A stretch of 57,136 nt of DNA, filler included, from Sphacelaria rigidula (lineage: Eukaryota): the NCBI GenBank assembly GCA_964200075.2. It is 5 parts of 5 records of this genome, joined end to end, with 100 filler letters (N's around TTAATTAATTAA, not from the genome) between each part and the next. Parts side by side here need not be neighbours in the genome. Positions count along the whole stretch, not along the records: positions 22,897 to 34,243 come from CAXNAA020005037.1; positions 34,344 to 45,690 come from CAXNAA020005038.1; 3 more parts are not named here. One strand, 5' to 3'. Shown here in pieces: positions 26,346 to 39,800 of this stretch. Numbering within the stretch: position 1 is the stretch's first letter; every line of letters starts with the position of its first letter. Position numbers and translations under genes: made by a program. A model generated the notes under the pieces. The model ran no database searches and was not told the origin of the DNA. It worked only from the letters and a program-made list of their open reading frames with translations.

Positions 26346-26822
26346 CTGTTGGGCGTCAATATGTGTTTGATAGCACAGTCACACCGTTACCGGGAGGCAA
26401 GCCGTGCACACCCGGAGACGGGTAACGAGGTGTTGGGAAACGCGAAACAACAATACGAGACTAATGCCGAGATAGCCCCCCCACGAAAAGTGCACCGCAG
26501 ACCGTCAGATAAACCGGCTGCGATCCCACTATTGGGCCCGTTTGCAGCAATTTCACCTACATGGGAGGCGTGTAGCAGTCCGAAATCAGCTATCACGCCC
26601 AAATGAGTCGCGTCGTGCAGAACGAAACCAGCTCTTACGGAATTTATGATCATCGCTTCCGTGTACCTTTTGGCCGGTTCGGGGGGGGGGGCTATCTCGG
26701 CAGCAGTCACGAGAGTGCTATGGGATATGTGAAAAAGTGGCTGGCTTCGACTTTGACTTCCGAGGCCGCTGTAACGTCTTACCTAAAGAGCCGACAAACC
26801 GTTCGTGATGTTTCCAGCTGTT

Positions 26823-27078
26823 GAGCAATGCTAAGGTAGGGGTGCACTTTTCTCGCGAAATTATGTCTAGTTCAGGGGCTCCTAATGATTCTAGATGTAC
26901 AAACATACGGGTCAGGGCATCCCCGTTTGCATTTCCTTCGGGATATCCCCAGCACATTGAAGTAGTAATCCTGGCGTACTTTCACATATTTTCATACGTC
27001 GTGTTTTGCATGAGATAAAGGGCTCCTAACTTTTCTAACCTCAGAAAATATTTGTGCATCCCTACCGTAGCATCACTC
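26823..27078. mobile_element. MITE (Sola2-like), copy 2
   Basis: GAG...CTC termini, the same TIR, 4-bp TSD TGTT/TGTT. Confidence 0.85.
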
Positions 27079-27267
27079 TGTTCATGTCGGCCGGTATGAA
27101 CCAAATCATGCGCTCGCGGATAGGTGTGGAAAACGTGCATGCGACATCGACGCGAGCATTAGCTTGGAGCCGGATATGACTGAGCAACACTGTATGTAGA
27201 CCTATCATCTGGTTTTCATGTCTGAGCGACAACGCACATCGACCTGTATTACGTCTTGCCCTCTTAC

Positions 27268-29757
27268 CATCTCTCGAGCCGTAGGCGCACGCGCCACCAT
27301 GTCTTTTTTAGCCACCAGCTCACGTCCGGTCCCAGGCTGCATGCAACAGTCAGCCACTCGCCTCATGAACCGCGTGAGACCATGTGCGCCACGTCCGTTG
27401 CCAACGACTTCCGAGAGCAACCCGCACACATCCCCACACCCCATGCCACGCAGCGCGGTTTCGAATCTTCGAGCTGACGCAAGGTGGCTGGCATCCGCGT
27501 AGGCGGCCTCACGAACTTCGCAACAGTCACGGAGACTCTCTTGGAAGCCAGACGTAGTGACGCTTCCCTGGCCACAGGGATCGAGGTGGGCAACTAGAGC
27601 TGCGGTGCGGTTGCTGCTCCATGATTCGTGCTCCGTTCCCTCCCCATCGTTGCTGTTTACACCTGCCACGGCGTCCGGTGGCTCATTTGGTGTTGCACGC
27701 GTGCTTGTTCTTTCATGTTGCTCGTCTTTCCCCTCAGATTCTCGTGTGTCTACCCCAGTGGTTGTGCTCGCTGATTTGCTCACCTTCGTGGCTAGCAACC
27801 GGTTCACACCTTCAATCAGGACAGGTATTGGCAACTGCAGCTCGAGGCTGTGGCTTTCATCTGCAGGTAAGGGACCCACGTAGAAGCTGTTAAACCATCT
27901 CACTGGTTTTTCGGATCGCTGGCGCAAGAGCCGGTTCATACTCCGGGCTGCCGAACGTCCTGTTTGGTAGGCAATTGGCCCACGGCTACGTCTCTTCAAG
28001 GAACGCCACAGGCCCACCGCGTTATCCACATCGATAGCCCGTAATCCCCCAGCTTCACGTATAAAGCAGTAGAGAAGCAGGGAGGCATCGAGCTGATTGA
28101 AATCATAACGGCGATGTATATTGTCTGACAGCATCGCTCTTGCTGGTGTAAGGGACGCGACGCCTGTCCGGCACGTCGAAAATAAATCAGGAGGTGAACT
28201 TTCGCTCTCGATATCGCTGCCCGTGCCCTTGGCGACCCGGTGCTGTTGCTTTCGTCGCTGACGCTGATCGCGCTGACGCTGAGCCACTCGACATCGGGCT
28301 CTCCGCACTGCATCCGCTAAATCCGCACCCCAAACGAGCCCGTCCTCCTCGACATACCCAATTACTCTATCCCGCTGTTCTCTGTTGATTATTTCGGGCA
28401 TTTCCCGATCAAGCAATAGCTCGATCTGTGCCCCTGTCGCAGGCTGACCTCTAGTCGTTTTGGGGAAGGTGGTCTTCAATGTCCTTGCTCTTGGCGTCTT
28501 CCGGAACAAGCTTTGGTCGGCGGTGCCATCCGAAACTGATGACCCATATTCATTCGTATCCACAGAATATGCCTCCAGAGGGGCAGCAGGAACAGCGGAC
28601 GAAGCGGCGTTCTGTACGAACTCCGTCGCGGAAATCCCTTGCTCATCGAGGCGTCGTCCGATAGCGGTAAGCGTGGCAAGGGTGGCCGTGGGTGGCCGAC
28701 GCTGGGTGACCCTGTCGCTGCGAACAGCGCGGAAGACGATCAGCACATCTTCGAGCTGCACGCGTCCCTTACCGTCGGTATCAAAGAATCTTACAGCTGC
28801 TTCGAGTTCTTCGTCCGTGACTCCTTTGCCGGGGGGGTAAAAGTTGCCCTGAGGATCATGATCCGCGCGGCGACACCGTCGGTGACGCTCTTGACGCCAC
28901 AAGCGCTTCAGCCGTTTCAAGACGGTACACACTCTTGCTGCTGAGAACGGGATCGCCGCCGGTCCCGGGCCACGAGAATGTTTCACCTCGGGGTGTACTT
29001 GACAGTCGATCGGAGCCAACGACGCCACATTTTTGAGGACCATCATGATGTGAGGAATCGGACGAAGCATTATAGTGGCGTCCTCGTTTTCATTGTACTC
29101 ATCTTCGTATCCTGGGGAAATCTCGCCGCGTTGAGACACAGCAGTTGGATACTTCATCTCCGATACGCCGACACAGATTCCGCCATCGGCGCGCCCAGTT
29201 GATGATATTCGGCTCTCCTTTTGTCCTCCTCCAGTGTCAACGGAAACCTCCATCCCCATCAAGTGCACACCCATCAAGTGATCCGCCAGGGAGAAAATTT
29301 CGGGGTCCGTAATGTCGAGAAATCCTGAACCGGTGCCCCACCCTAGTTTCCTCTGCCTTCCCGTGTGACTGCTGTAACCGTTCGGACGACGTTTTTTCTT
29401 CGATACTTGCACGACCGGGACTGGGGACGTGATCAAGGATAGTGGAGTGAGTAGCCCCGCTCGCAAAGATCCACTAGAGCGTGGGGCGTTCCTGGGCGAT
29501 TCATTTCGATGTTTCTGACAGGATGGGTCACCTGAAGCATGTCCATAGACTGCTGCCGTCACTGCTGGTCTGCTCTGGAACTTACGGAACATCTTGAGAC
29601 TGTCATAGAGATCCCCAAACGTGACATACCCGCGGTTGTCAGAGTCAAGAAAAGCCATCAGGGAGTATGTCTTCCTGGCGTCGAGGTTCAGGCCCAGTAG
29701 ACACAGCTCTTGTTGGATTTCCTTTGCCGTCAATATGTTGTTTCGATCAGTGTCCGC
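27268..29757 (-). CDS. Multi-EF-hand protein, 2490-nt exon
   Basis: 830 open codons between cag| and |gtaaga; EF-hand loops DTDRNNILTAKE, DSDNRGYVTFGD, DTDGKGRVQLED and DPCGQGSVTTSG (degenerate). Confidence 0.88.
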
Positions 29758-30084
29758 CTGCAGGGACACGGACAAATTGATCAAGGCTCGTCAGCGAATA
29801 CCAAAGTGCTGCTCATGTATGATATATGTTGGAGCAATTTGAAGACAAGACTGCCGGATTATTGTGGGCGTCCATTTCAAAGGAGCCAACTCCAGCAGCC
29901 AAACAGCATACGGTAACACGTTGCAACAATACATGGTGAACAGGACCCTCTGAAACTCGCCATGGAAAGCTACACGAATGCCCAACAACATATCACGGTC
30001 AGTTAGTGCAACTCGTCAGGTGCCGCAGTACAACCTCGGCCCGTACTACCCGTTGGCCGTTGATTATCCGCTGAAAACACTCAC

Positions 30085-31266
30085 CGTGTTAAACAGATCA
30101 CGAGATCGCATGCGTTGGCAGTCAATTTTAGCAGCAAGAACTTCCAGCGCTACCGTAGCTCCCGTCCGGTCAGCCAAGGCAATGTACCGCATTTGCCTTT
30201 TCCGTTCTTCCGGACTCAGGAGCCAATACCTGTCCATCCAGTCAAAGTCTTCTGTAGATCCCATCGCGTTGTTGTGATGCCGAACGATATTTGCCTTGCC
30301 GTGTTTCGTGGTTTCGCGCTTTCTGCGTCGGTGGCGCCGATAACCCTTCCTTTTTTTGTCCCTGCCGGTCTTTGATGCACCACTCTCACATGCCACAGTC
30401 CCGCCCTCCCACTCAAGGGGCTCTCCTGCTTCGGTAAATGAGATTTTTCTGTTGCCGTCTGACATTGAATCCCCCTCGTGGGCCCCCAGGAGCAACCCCT
30501 GGGCGACGCCGTACGAGTCGGGAATGGATGACGCAGTTGCCATCGAGTCGGAATCACTGTTGTCTAGTTGCCTATCGCTCACTGTTTCCCCACCATCGCT
30601 GAAGGGTGGTTCCAGCAACATAGTGGATGTGTTGGCCTCGAGCGGCAGTGCCGCTACGTTCGTGTACTCGCTCGCCTCCTCCCGTCTGTTCAACACAGGA
30701 TGGTCAACGGTTGGACCTTGCTCATCGCGAGAAGTGAGGGCTACGTTCCTCTCGCAAAAGTTGGGTGCCACCGGATATTCGTCAGGGTGCCGCTCCAAGC
30801 CACCACTCCCCTCCGCTGCAGCATGCGCCGTCGCTAGCTGCGCCTCATCTGCGGTACCATTGTGCAGATCGTTGGAAGGATGCTTTCGAGGGCATGAACG
30901 CCCGGCCTGTGATGTGTTGCAGATCGTATGACCGTTCCCACGAGGAAAGTCGATGGCAGGCGCAGCATGTGGAGGTCGGGAAGAGATGTTTGCAGGTCTT
31001 GTTGCCCTTGGTCCATGAACAGCACGCGAATGTGAGTCCGGCTTCGTCTCGACCGCGGCGAAATCACCGTTTAACTGCTTCACTACCTGCAGCGATGGCG
31101 ACCCGCCTCTTATCGCGTCTACATCAATCGCGACCGTCTCTCCGCTGCTCTTGCCCTCCCGACTACATGTAACGGGGGGATCAGAACGGTCAACCTCAGC
31201 GGTAGAATCTCCGTCGCTGAAGCTGTTCATGGAACAGCAGTCGTGATTCGACCAGATGCTGTCCAG
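30085..31266 (-). CDS. Large multi-EF-hand protein, first visible exon (disordered N-terminus; ATG at 31230 or acceptor at 31266)
   Basis: 418-aa ORF ending RSRDLFNT|gtgagt; splices in phase 0 to ADTDRNNILT, forming an EF-hand. Confidence 0.75.
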
Positions 31267-31810
31267 CTGTGGCGCGTGAGTAAGTGCGGCGCGACTGCGG
31301 ATGCGCGGCGAAACTACCACACTGTACTGTAAACTGTAGCACCATGGTCAACACGAATTTATTGCCAGTGCGGGACGCAGATAACTGGCACGACACCCGT
31401 CTCCCGCATCAAACATTTCAACGTTTTTTTTTTCAAGATTCAGGGCCCCGTCACAGCAGACAGATCGTAACTATCAATAGATGTCGACAGTGCAGTTTCA
31501 TCTATACGAATTTCGACGGCATAGCTACGATCATGGGCAAGTCACCGCCAGAAAACTCCAGCCACGAATAATCCTCAACGGGCGGCTTCACACTCCAACC
31601 TTTTCCGTGTTGTCATTTGGGTTGTCCCGCATTTGACAGCGGCGCAACATCCTTTGCACGCAAACAGCGGATGCTTGCGTGTAGTTCTCGGCTAGGTTAC
31701 CACCTCCACGTCGTTATCCTTCCACCTTCACCGTCAAATTCCCAGCACATCACCAGCTAGGGCTACTACTTTCGCCGTTGCTATCGAAAATATACAATGC
31801 TGCATGCCAC

Positions 31811-31945
31811 ATGTCGCGCTCAGGATCGATAATTGCAAGCCTTGTCGGCCGCCTGCCACAATCCAGGGACCGCAGAGAAAAGGCCGCAAATGATCTCCCA
31901 CTCATCACTGAAGAGCACGAGGAAGAGATTGTTGATATATTCAAG
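31811..31945 (+). CDS. Possible first exon of a divergent gene, product unknown
   Basis: ATG...AAG|gtgcag, 45 codons ending ITEEHEEEIVDIFK (similar to the calmodulin/centrin first helix). Confidence 0.4.
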
Positions 31946-32339
31946 GTGCAGTCCACTGCAAGCGATTGCATATTCTCTGTCCGACAGTATTTGAATAAGT
32001 GCAGCTTTAGCAATAACTTCGTGTATATGAGGTTGCTGGCTGGTGTGCAAGATGAACCGCTGTAGTACCGAAGCCTTTTCCCTGTCCCTAGTTAATGTCA
32101 CGTTTTTCAACACCCCCACAAGAGATACTTAGTGGGGTCAGAAAAATGGATGATGCAGTTCATCACAAGAAAAATAATACACTGTACTCTATTCTACCTT
32201 CCTGGAGATGTTATGAAACAAGATTATCTCTATTCTAGCAGCCGCAGCGCAAAAACTGGTGATGGATACATCTCTCCGAGGTATATCAGGTACAAGTATT
32301 TGTAAATATCCGAAAGTCCCTGTCTATTTCTCCTCTCAG

Positions 32340-32515
32340 CAGAGCTTGGTAGATCCGGTTAGAGTTCACCATCATCAGCATGGGCATAGCCACGCGGAAT
32401 GCGGCGATATTGGCAGAAATATGATTGTCTCGAGCTCCGCTCCTTCGCTGGTCACATTCTATTCTGTTGATGTTGTCATTACGCGTATGCAATGCGATGC
32501 CTTGATGTCATTATG
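32340..32515 (+). CDS. Possible second exon of the divergent gene
   Basis: Polypyrimidine tract then cag| in phase 0, open frame to TG|gtaggg; no recognisable domain. Confidence 0.3.
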
Positions 32516-33029
32516 GTAGGGCAGTTTGGCATGAAGTTTCCTCAAAGAGCTACGATAGCTCCCTTTTGTACCAGTGTACACGATACGTTGTTTGTTCGGA
32601 GGGCTGCGCCTATAAAACGTGCCGTAGAACGGTCTTTGTACGTACCACTCGAAACGTTTATCTAGGATGAGCAGGTGATGCACGTGCATCTCGAGTTCAC
32701 TCCTCCTTTTGTTCTATATGGCACGCCCCGGTCATTCACTTACAGTTAGTTGTATACATGTACAACTTGGGGCTGTTGCCTGTCAACTGTTTCCAGGGAT
32801 TTTGACGGCGTGTCACGAGTATGTGTAGTTGCCGCATGAACCCGCGCTACCACTCTCTCTTTTTGAGATTCTTTGTGGACAATGACACCCTTCACCCAAG
32901 TCTGATCGGCCATGTTCATTTATCGACTATCCTAGCCGTGTCCATGTTGCTTTTCCCTTGTTCAAAAAACAAAAATCCAAGGGTAGGTCGAGTAGATTAT
33001 GCACCTTCAAGTACCCGTGTAAAATACTC

Positions 33030-33444
33030 AAGTATTTACTCCACTCGACATTTGAGCAGGTCGATTACGACCTCAAATACTCTACTCAAATTTTGAGTAG
33101 TTCAAGTACGACCTCAAGTATTCTACCCAAATTTTGAGTAGGTCGAGTACGACCTCAAGTACTCTACTCAAACTTTCAGTAGGCCGAGTACGACCTGAAA
33201 TACTCTACTCAAATTTTGAGTACGTTGAGTACGGCCTCAAATAATTTACTCAAATTTTGAGTAGGTTGAGTACGGTCTCAAATACTTCACTCAAATTTTG
33301 AGTACGTCGAGGTACGGGCTCATATACTCTACTCAAATTTTGAGTACGTCGAGTACGACCTCAAAAACTCTATTCAAATATTGAGTAAGCACTCTCAGTA
33401 ATACTTAAGTATAGAGTACCCCTTGGGTATGGTGAGTACCCCTG
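33030..33444. repeat. 41-bp tandem array (~8 units) with a palindromic core
   Basis: Consensus GAGTACGACCTCAAATACTCTACTCAAATTTTGAGTAGGTC. Confidence 0.9.
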
Positions 33445-33894
33445 ACAGTCGGCGACTTCGTGACGTCACGTCCCAGACTATGTTGAATGCATGGGCGAAC
33501 GATGGCCGTCAATTAGACGGGCGGCGTTACACCACAACCAACAAGAAGTATGAGCGAATGATGGCCATAAAAAAATAAAAGAAGCGTGCAGGTAAACGAA
33601 CCTACCTGCCCCAGCGCCCCGTCTCACCAACCCCCACCCACGGTAGTGCACATTCGATACCTCGCACCGCCTTCGATATCACCTTCAGTGCAGAGCGCTA
33701 CTCATCATCATCGAGTAATCAAGTAAACGAGTAGTCGAATAGGTATTATCAAAATGAGCGACTTTACTGGCCACATATGTGACTCCTCCTTGGGAGAGTC
33801 AGCGAGCGGTGGAAATAGTGCAAGACGGGGATACATCGCAACAGTCGTCGACAGAGGAAGGAAGACGTTGAAGTTATAGATTTTCGGTACATTG

Positions 33895-34243
33895 AATCCG
33901 GCCTCAGATACTCTACTCAAATTCTGAGTAGGTCGAGTACGGCCTCAAATACCCTACTCAATTTTTGAGTAGGTCGAGTACGACCTCAAATACCCTACTC
34001 AAACTTTGAGTACGTTGAGTACGGCCTCCAATACTCCGCTCAAATTTTGAGTAGGTCAAGTACGACCTCAAATACTCAAATATTGAGTAGGTTGAGTATG
34101 GTCTCAACTACTTTACTCAAATATTGAGTAAGCACTCTCAGTAATACTTGAGTATAGAGTATCACTTGAGTATGACCTCAATACTCTATTCAAATTTCGA
34201 GTAGACTGAGTATGATCTCAAATACTCTACTCGAATAATTGAG
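33895..34243. repeat. Second array of the same 41-bp unit, cut by the contig end
   Basis: Same consensus and the same AAGCACTCTCAGTAATACTT interruption. Confidence 0.9.
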
Positions 34244-34343
34244 NNNNNNNNNNNNNNNNNNNNNNNNNNNNNNNNNNNNNNNNNNNNTTAATTAATTAAN
34301 NNNNNNNNNNNNNNNNNNNNNNNNNNNNNNNNNNNNNNNNNNN
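34244..34343. other. Artificial contig linker
   Basis: N44-TTAATTAATTAA-N44. Confidence 0.98.
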
Positions 34344-36785
34344 TCTACGATCGGCAGTTCCTCTTCTCCCTACTTCCATGTGAACTCTACTGGATGTTTC
34401 TTATTTACGTTACAGACGAGTACCGCGCATTGGAGCGGGGGGAGGGGTGGCCTACGTGTCCGAAATGTTTCGCTCGACAGACCCTTGGCTTATGAGAGCT
34501 TTTCGCACCTGTACAATTACAAGTATCGAGTTGCTACAGGCAGCAGGCAGTGGGACAACGAACTGTCTGGGCTTTTTTCGGCTATTACAGACTACACTGC
34601 TCGAAAGCCAGCTCAACAACTTGAGAGGAGATATTTCTGGTCGGCACTCACTTGGCGTGGGTCATACATGAAACAGCAAGTAATCGATAATGGAACGCCC
34701 TTCATCCGGGTGGAATAATGTCTCACCTCAGGCGAAGGCTTGTGATTGCCCCCTCAGAGTCGAAACTTTGATAGAGACATCCCTCCCCATGCGCACCGAC
34801 TGTACGTGCACATAACATGCGCTCACAGATTACACTATGCCGGCAGCAAAGCCACCGCCACAGGTGTCTTTTTTCACACCGCATGCCAAGGAAGTCTCCA
34901 TTAGCGTTCCATATCTCATGAATTGCCCCAACGGGGATGTGTGAGACTCTTGCCCTTGCGTCAAACGTCGGACAAAGCCAACGCTAATAACACCCCCCGG
35001 CATGCGATTGGATCTCGTCTCAACGGTCATTCTTCTTGCGTGTGTAGATGGCGGGGATAGTGGTGACAGGAGCATCGCCCTGTGTTTCGACGACATTTTA
35101 TAGAGCTCACAAAGGCGCGTCCTGTCCAAATCGAAAGGCAGAAAGGAATCGATCTTTGCATTGGTCACCACCACAGACAAGACACGATTGTATCGGTGCG
35201 GCAACCCAAGCGGCATAATCTTCTTGTTAACTGTACAACGAACCGCCCGCCGTCCTTGTGCCGGGAATGGCGAACTGGGTATGGAGTGGTAACATGATGC
35301 CAATCACTCCGGCGGTCGGGAATCGCCGAATGAAGTCACATACAGGAAGGGGTCCAGCGAGGAGCTTGCTCCCCGCCATTCCTCATCCGGAGGCATCATC
35401 ATCGACACACATGTACACCGCATCAATTTGGTGTGCCTAGCCATAACTGTTAGCTTTAACAGAAAAAACAAATCCGTGAGTGCTTTCGTTTCGCAAAGCT
35501 ATTCCGGAAAAATGTGAATTTTCGGAAGGTGGGTTGAGCCCCATTCAAGTGTTGAACCCCACTTTCCAGGATCCTCCGTTTTTTATTTTTTGCGCGTGTG
35601 GCATCGTCGCACCTGCACTTCTTTTTTGACTGTCTCTGTTCTACTGCTGCAGCTGCTGCTGATACTCTACCGTACATTCGTGTCATGAGGACGCATAGTA
35701 GCCTGTTGTCATGGCGCCTCAGACCCGTTGATGAGCCCGGCTCGATATTACATTCCGGGTATTTCTAAGACTGCAGGTCAGTTCAGAGTAGGTCAGGTAC
35801 CAGTATAAATTGGTATGTGGTAAAGATGGTGACGGCTTGGTTTGTATTTGCACAAACCAAGCCCCATGCTACAACACTACCATCTGCACCCCTCTTCCAG
35901 CAAAGAAGTCTAACACCGGTAGGACTGATTGACTGAGCGTGAGATTGGGTTGACTGATTGGATACTGGAAGTTGGAAACCAAGCAAAAAAAAGAGATATA
36001 GCCTACGCGTGAGAATCTATTTCCCGGACACATCTGTGTGAGACGGCGCCCATCATCCTGCTTGGCCGTTCAGTCTGAGGACTGCCCCCCTTGCCTTGTC
36101 TAGTGAGCCTGTGCTTGCCATATACAGCACCGTAACCTCATTACATTTGGCGTTTGGCCAAGGAGCTTCTCAACACCGATTGCACCTCTGCTTGTCAAGC
36201 TGCACGCGCGTGGCTTGCTGTTGACAATTTTCTCCCCGTGGTTTTCGATTAGGTAGTCAAACCTATTTAGCCCCTTCCGGCCAGCTAGATAGTCAATCGT
36301 TAGCTACTGCGAAGCTTTCAACCTGTGTGTTACACCGTACACAGTGCTCATAACTTACTTGCAACACACCTGCACTTTGCACTTGTCGTATGTGCTACCT
36401 GCACAACGCACCCACCCCTGGTCGATCAGTACAGCACAGTCACACGCCCAGCCATCCCTGGCTTGCGTACTTGGCCTTGTCGCCCCCTGTTTTTCTGACG
36501 GGACAAGTTTTCTACTACAGGTTTGTTACAGAACAACGGTGCACAGGGTGCATCATTGCTCACAAGCCAGCTGCTGTTCCTGACCTGAGCCTTTGCCAAA
36601 CCAGCAACCTGCCGCTTTCACATTTCAGTATCGGTTGTACGCGGCCCATTGCATCTTTTTTGTTCACGGGTCGTTGCGTAACACAACCCGTGCTTCCCCA
36701 ACAGGTGACCACGGACATCTGTACACGAGATTCGTACCCGTTCTGGCATTTTTCTGCGTCGCGATATACGTCACTCGTAGCTAGT

Positions 36786-36831
<46 letters not shown>
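36786..36831 (+). repeat. (GTT)n microsatellite
   Basis: Direct reading of the sequence. Confidence 0.95.
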
Positions 36832-39800
36832 CTTCTAGTGTGATTCGCACATCTGTAGAGCAGCGCTGTACATCACCGCGATAGTTAGCAATACACAGCT
36901 TACTCGGCTGCGAGATTTCATCACTGAACCTCTCTCGGCCAAAATAGTTATTTGTTCCGAGACCGTTCCGTTCGCGACAATACGCGCCGGTAACATTCCA
37001 ACCTACCGGTCGCTAGTTGTTCTTCTCCTCAACTCAGTTGTTGTGGGGATTTCCAAAACTACGCTCTAGTTGGCACGTCGCATTGATAAATTCCAGACCT
37101 ACGTTACCTGCTCACTTGGAGCACCGGCACTCAAAATTAGTGCTGCTTTGGTGTGTAACTCTTTTTCGGGACACACCCTCAGCGTTGCACCTGCTGCGCA
37201 CTACTTCAACTTTGTTTTATATAACTACGTTGTCACCACGCTGTTGTGTATCAAGCATTCGTGCTGCATTACGCCGCCCGATCCTACGGTCTCGATTTCA
37301 AGCTTTTGCTGAAGCTTTTGTGCTGCCCTACGCCGCACGACCCTTCGGTGCTCATTTCCATTTTTTTCTGAGCACCTCCAGTCGTTTCCCAGCTTGAGCC
37401 AGGATAATACAGTTGTGGTCTGCCCCTGAAGCCGATACCGTAAACACGTGTGAGTTGCAGTACTTTCAGGTACCAACGCTGCTACCGTCAACTGGATTTG
37501 TGCATTTTCCGACGTCTGTCTGTTCTGTTCGCGATCCCGGACTCCCGTTGCTAGCGTTTACCGCCGCACCTTCGATAATTGTATTGGGAAGAGTTCCTAC
37601 GTTGTTGTTATATACAGCAGTTAGCTTGAATAACAATACTTGAAGTTCATCAGGTCCCAAACGAAGATCCCTCAAGGTGCTATGAAACTTCTCTATCTAA
37701 TATTTCTGGATTCAAGGTTTGAATAGTAATACAGGAGTTCATCTGGTTCCACACGGAGGCCCCTCCAGGCGCTGTCAGGCTTCATCATTCTGTATTTCTG
37801 GATACAAGCTTCGACCGTTGCACCTAGCACTTCTCGGTGTCACGCTCCTTTGATTAAAGCCCGACCACCATAACCACACTACCCCCACTTCTCTAAGTAC
37901 ACCAGTTGCGTACGACTAGCTCCATGTCGCACAAAAATAGCGCCGACTCTTCCCTTCAATTGGGAGCGCGACCGCTTAGCCGAACACGGAGCCAAACAAA
38001 TGGCGGTTCGGAATCTTCTGATATCAGTAGCGCGTCGCCTTCGACTACTCGACGAACGTACGCGAGCGCTGCTCGATCTTCGGGATTTTAAGACCAACTT
38101 TCGAGCGCTGCTCATCCTTTGGGACTTGAAGAAGAGACTATGACGCCGCGACCTGTTCTCTCCAGTACTGATTCGGACTCAGAAAACAGGACTGTGCCAC
38201 CGGCTGAGTCATTGGCTCCTGACAGACGTGTCAGCGAACCCATAACGGTGGATTCCGTGGCACTACCCTCGCTGCGACCTGTTCTTCCGGCTCCCGATAT
38301 GGAATCCGAAGACAGGAATGTGCCCCCAGCTGAGTCGTTGCCCCTGGACACACGTGTCCAGCATGACGCTGTAACGGTTGCTTCAACCGTGGCACCCCGT
38401 CGAATGACGGTTGGCAAATCCCGAGATGACTCGGCCCCGACGAAGCGTATCGCTTCTGGAGTAGGAGATACTGTCACGCGGGTTGCTTCCGTTCCGGACC
38501 CCAATGGCACGACTCTCGGTAGTCCAATGCGCCCTGCTTCGCAGTCCAGTGTCGGACCAGCAGTCGCGGCCATGCATTCTGCCCTGCAGAATCTACCTCG
38601 CCCTTCTTCGGGGCCAGCGGACACACCCGTCCCAGCTCTAATCGAGGTATTTACGGCTTTTTGCCACGCTGCGTTCCTAGACCAATCGGCCTCCGCTCAC
38701 GTGCAATTCAATGATGACTCTGCACCTACCGCGCCCAAACCGGTACATTTGACGCCCAGATCGGCGACACCGCGTTCTCCGTCCGTCTTTCATGAGAGTT
38801 GCACCGAACACGAGTCCAGCCCCTCCAACACGTCGCACCAAAATCTTACTCGCGCTTGTGGATGACGCCGCACACAGACAGTTGGTCACGACCACGCCAC
38901 CCGTGCTGGCAGCCCCAAGGACAACTCCCGGCACGGCATTAATTCCTCGCACGTTCTCACACGCCCGAAGAATGTCGCTCATGGCAGCACATACGTAGGT
39001 AGTTCACGGCACAGCTCTAATTCATCGCGCGCTCCCACGCGCCCGATGAATGCCAACCGTGACCGTACTCACGAGGATAGTCCGCGGTACAGATCGAATT
39101 CATCGCGCGCCCAATTTCGCTCCAAGAATGCCGATCATGCAACCGCGCGCACCCCTCCTGCTTCACCTCGGTCACGCCGCCGTCATTTACGCAATGATAA
39201 TACCGTAAATGCTGCCGACATTCAGAATATATTTTCGGACATTTCACCGGCTCTTGAATCCTCAATAGGGGGATCTAGCTGTGATTCATCGCACAACCGA
39301 CGGCCCAGCACTGACTGCGAACCCCCGTCCCACTCTGATGCTGCGATCATTTGCTCTCTGCAACAACAAATTGCAGATCTCAAGCGAAGACTCGCCAAGA
39401 CAAATATGGACAACGAAAGAGTACCCGCCGCCGCTTCTGCCGCCACCACTGCCGCTGCCGCCGCTGCTGCCACGCCCGCCGCTTCTGCCGTCACGGCTAC
39501 TACCGCCACGGCTGCCAACACAGTTGCCGCCCCGTCAGCCGTCGACAACGACGCTGATAGTGGGCCCACAACTGATCCCGTCACGGATGTCCCCGTGCCC
39601 CCGACTCCGTCTGTGAAAGATCTTCTTCCGCTCGATGACGAGAAATATTCCACTGGCCTCCTCTTGAGGCTCTTTAGGAACCGTCCCCGCGCGGAACAAT
39701 CGGCGTTGATCAATGATTACGCCTCAGAAGCGCCAGCGCTCGCCAAGAATATCCTCGATGAACAACGTGCGGCTGACACCGCCGTTGCATGCCTCCCCGC

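Noticed and set aside
33030..34243. CRISPR-like array
   Set aside because: Units are contiguous diverged tandem copies with no unique spacers, there are no cas genes, and the context is eukaryotic.
34380..35303. ORFs 34380-34718(+) and 34830-35303(-) as genes
   Set aside because: No recognisable motif and no supported exon chain; they cannot be excluded without a homology search.
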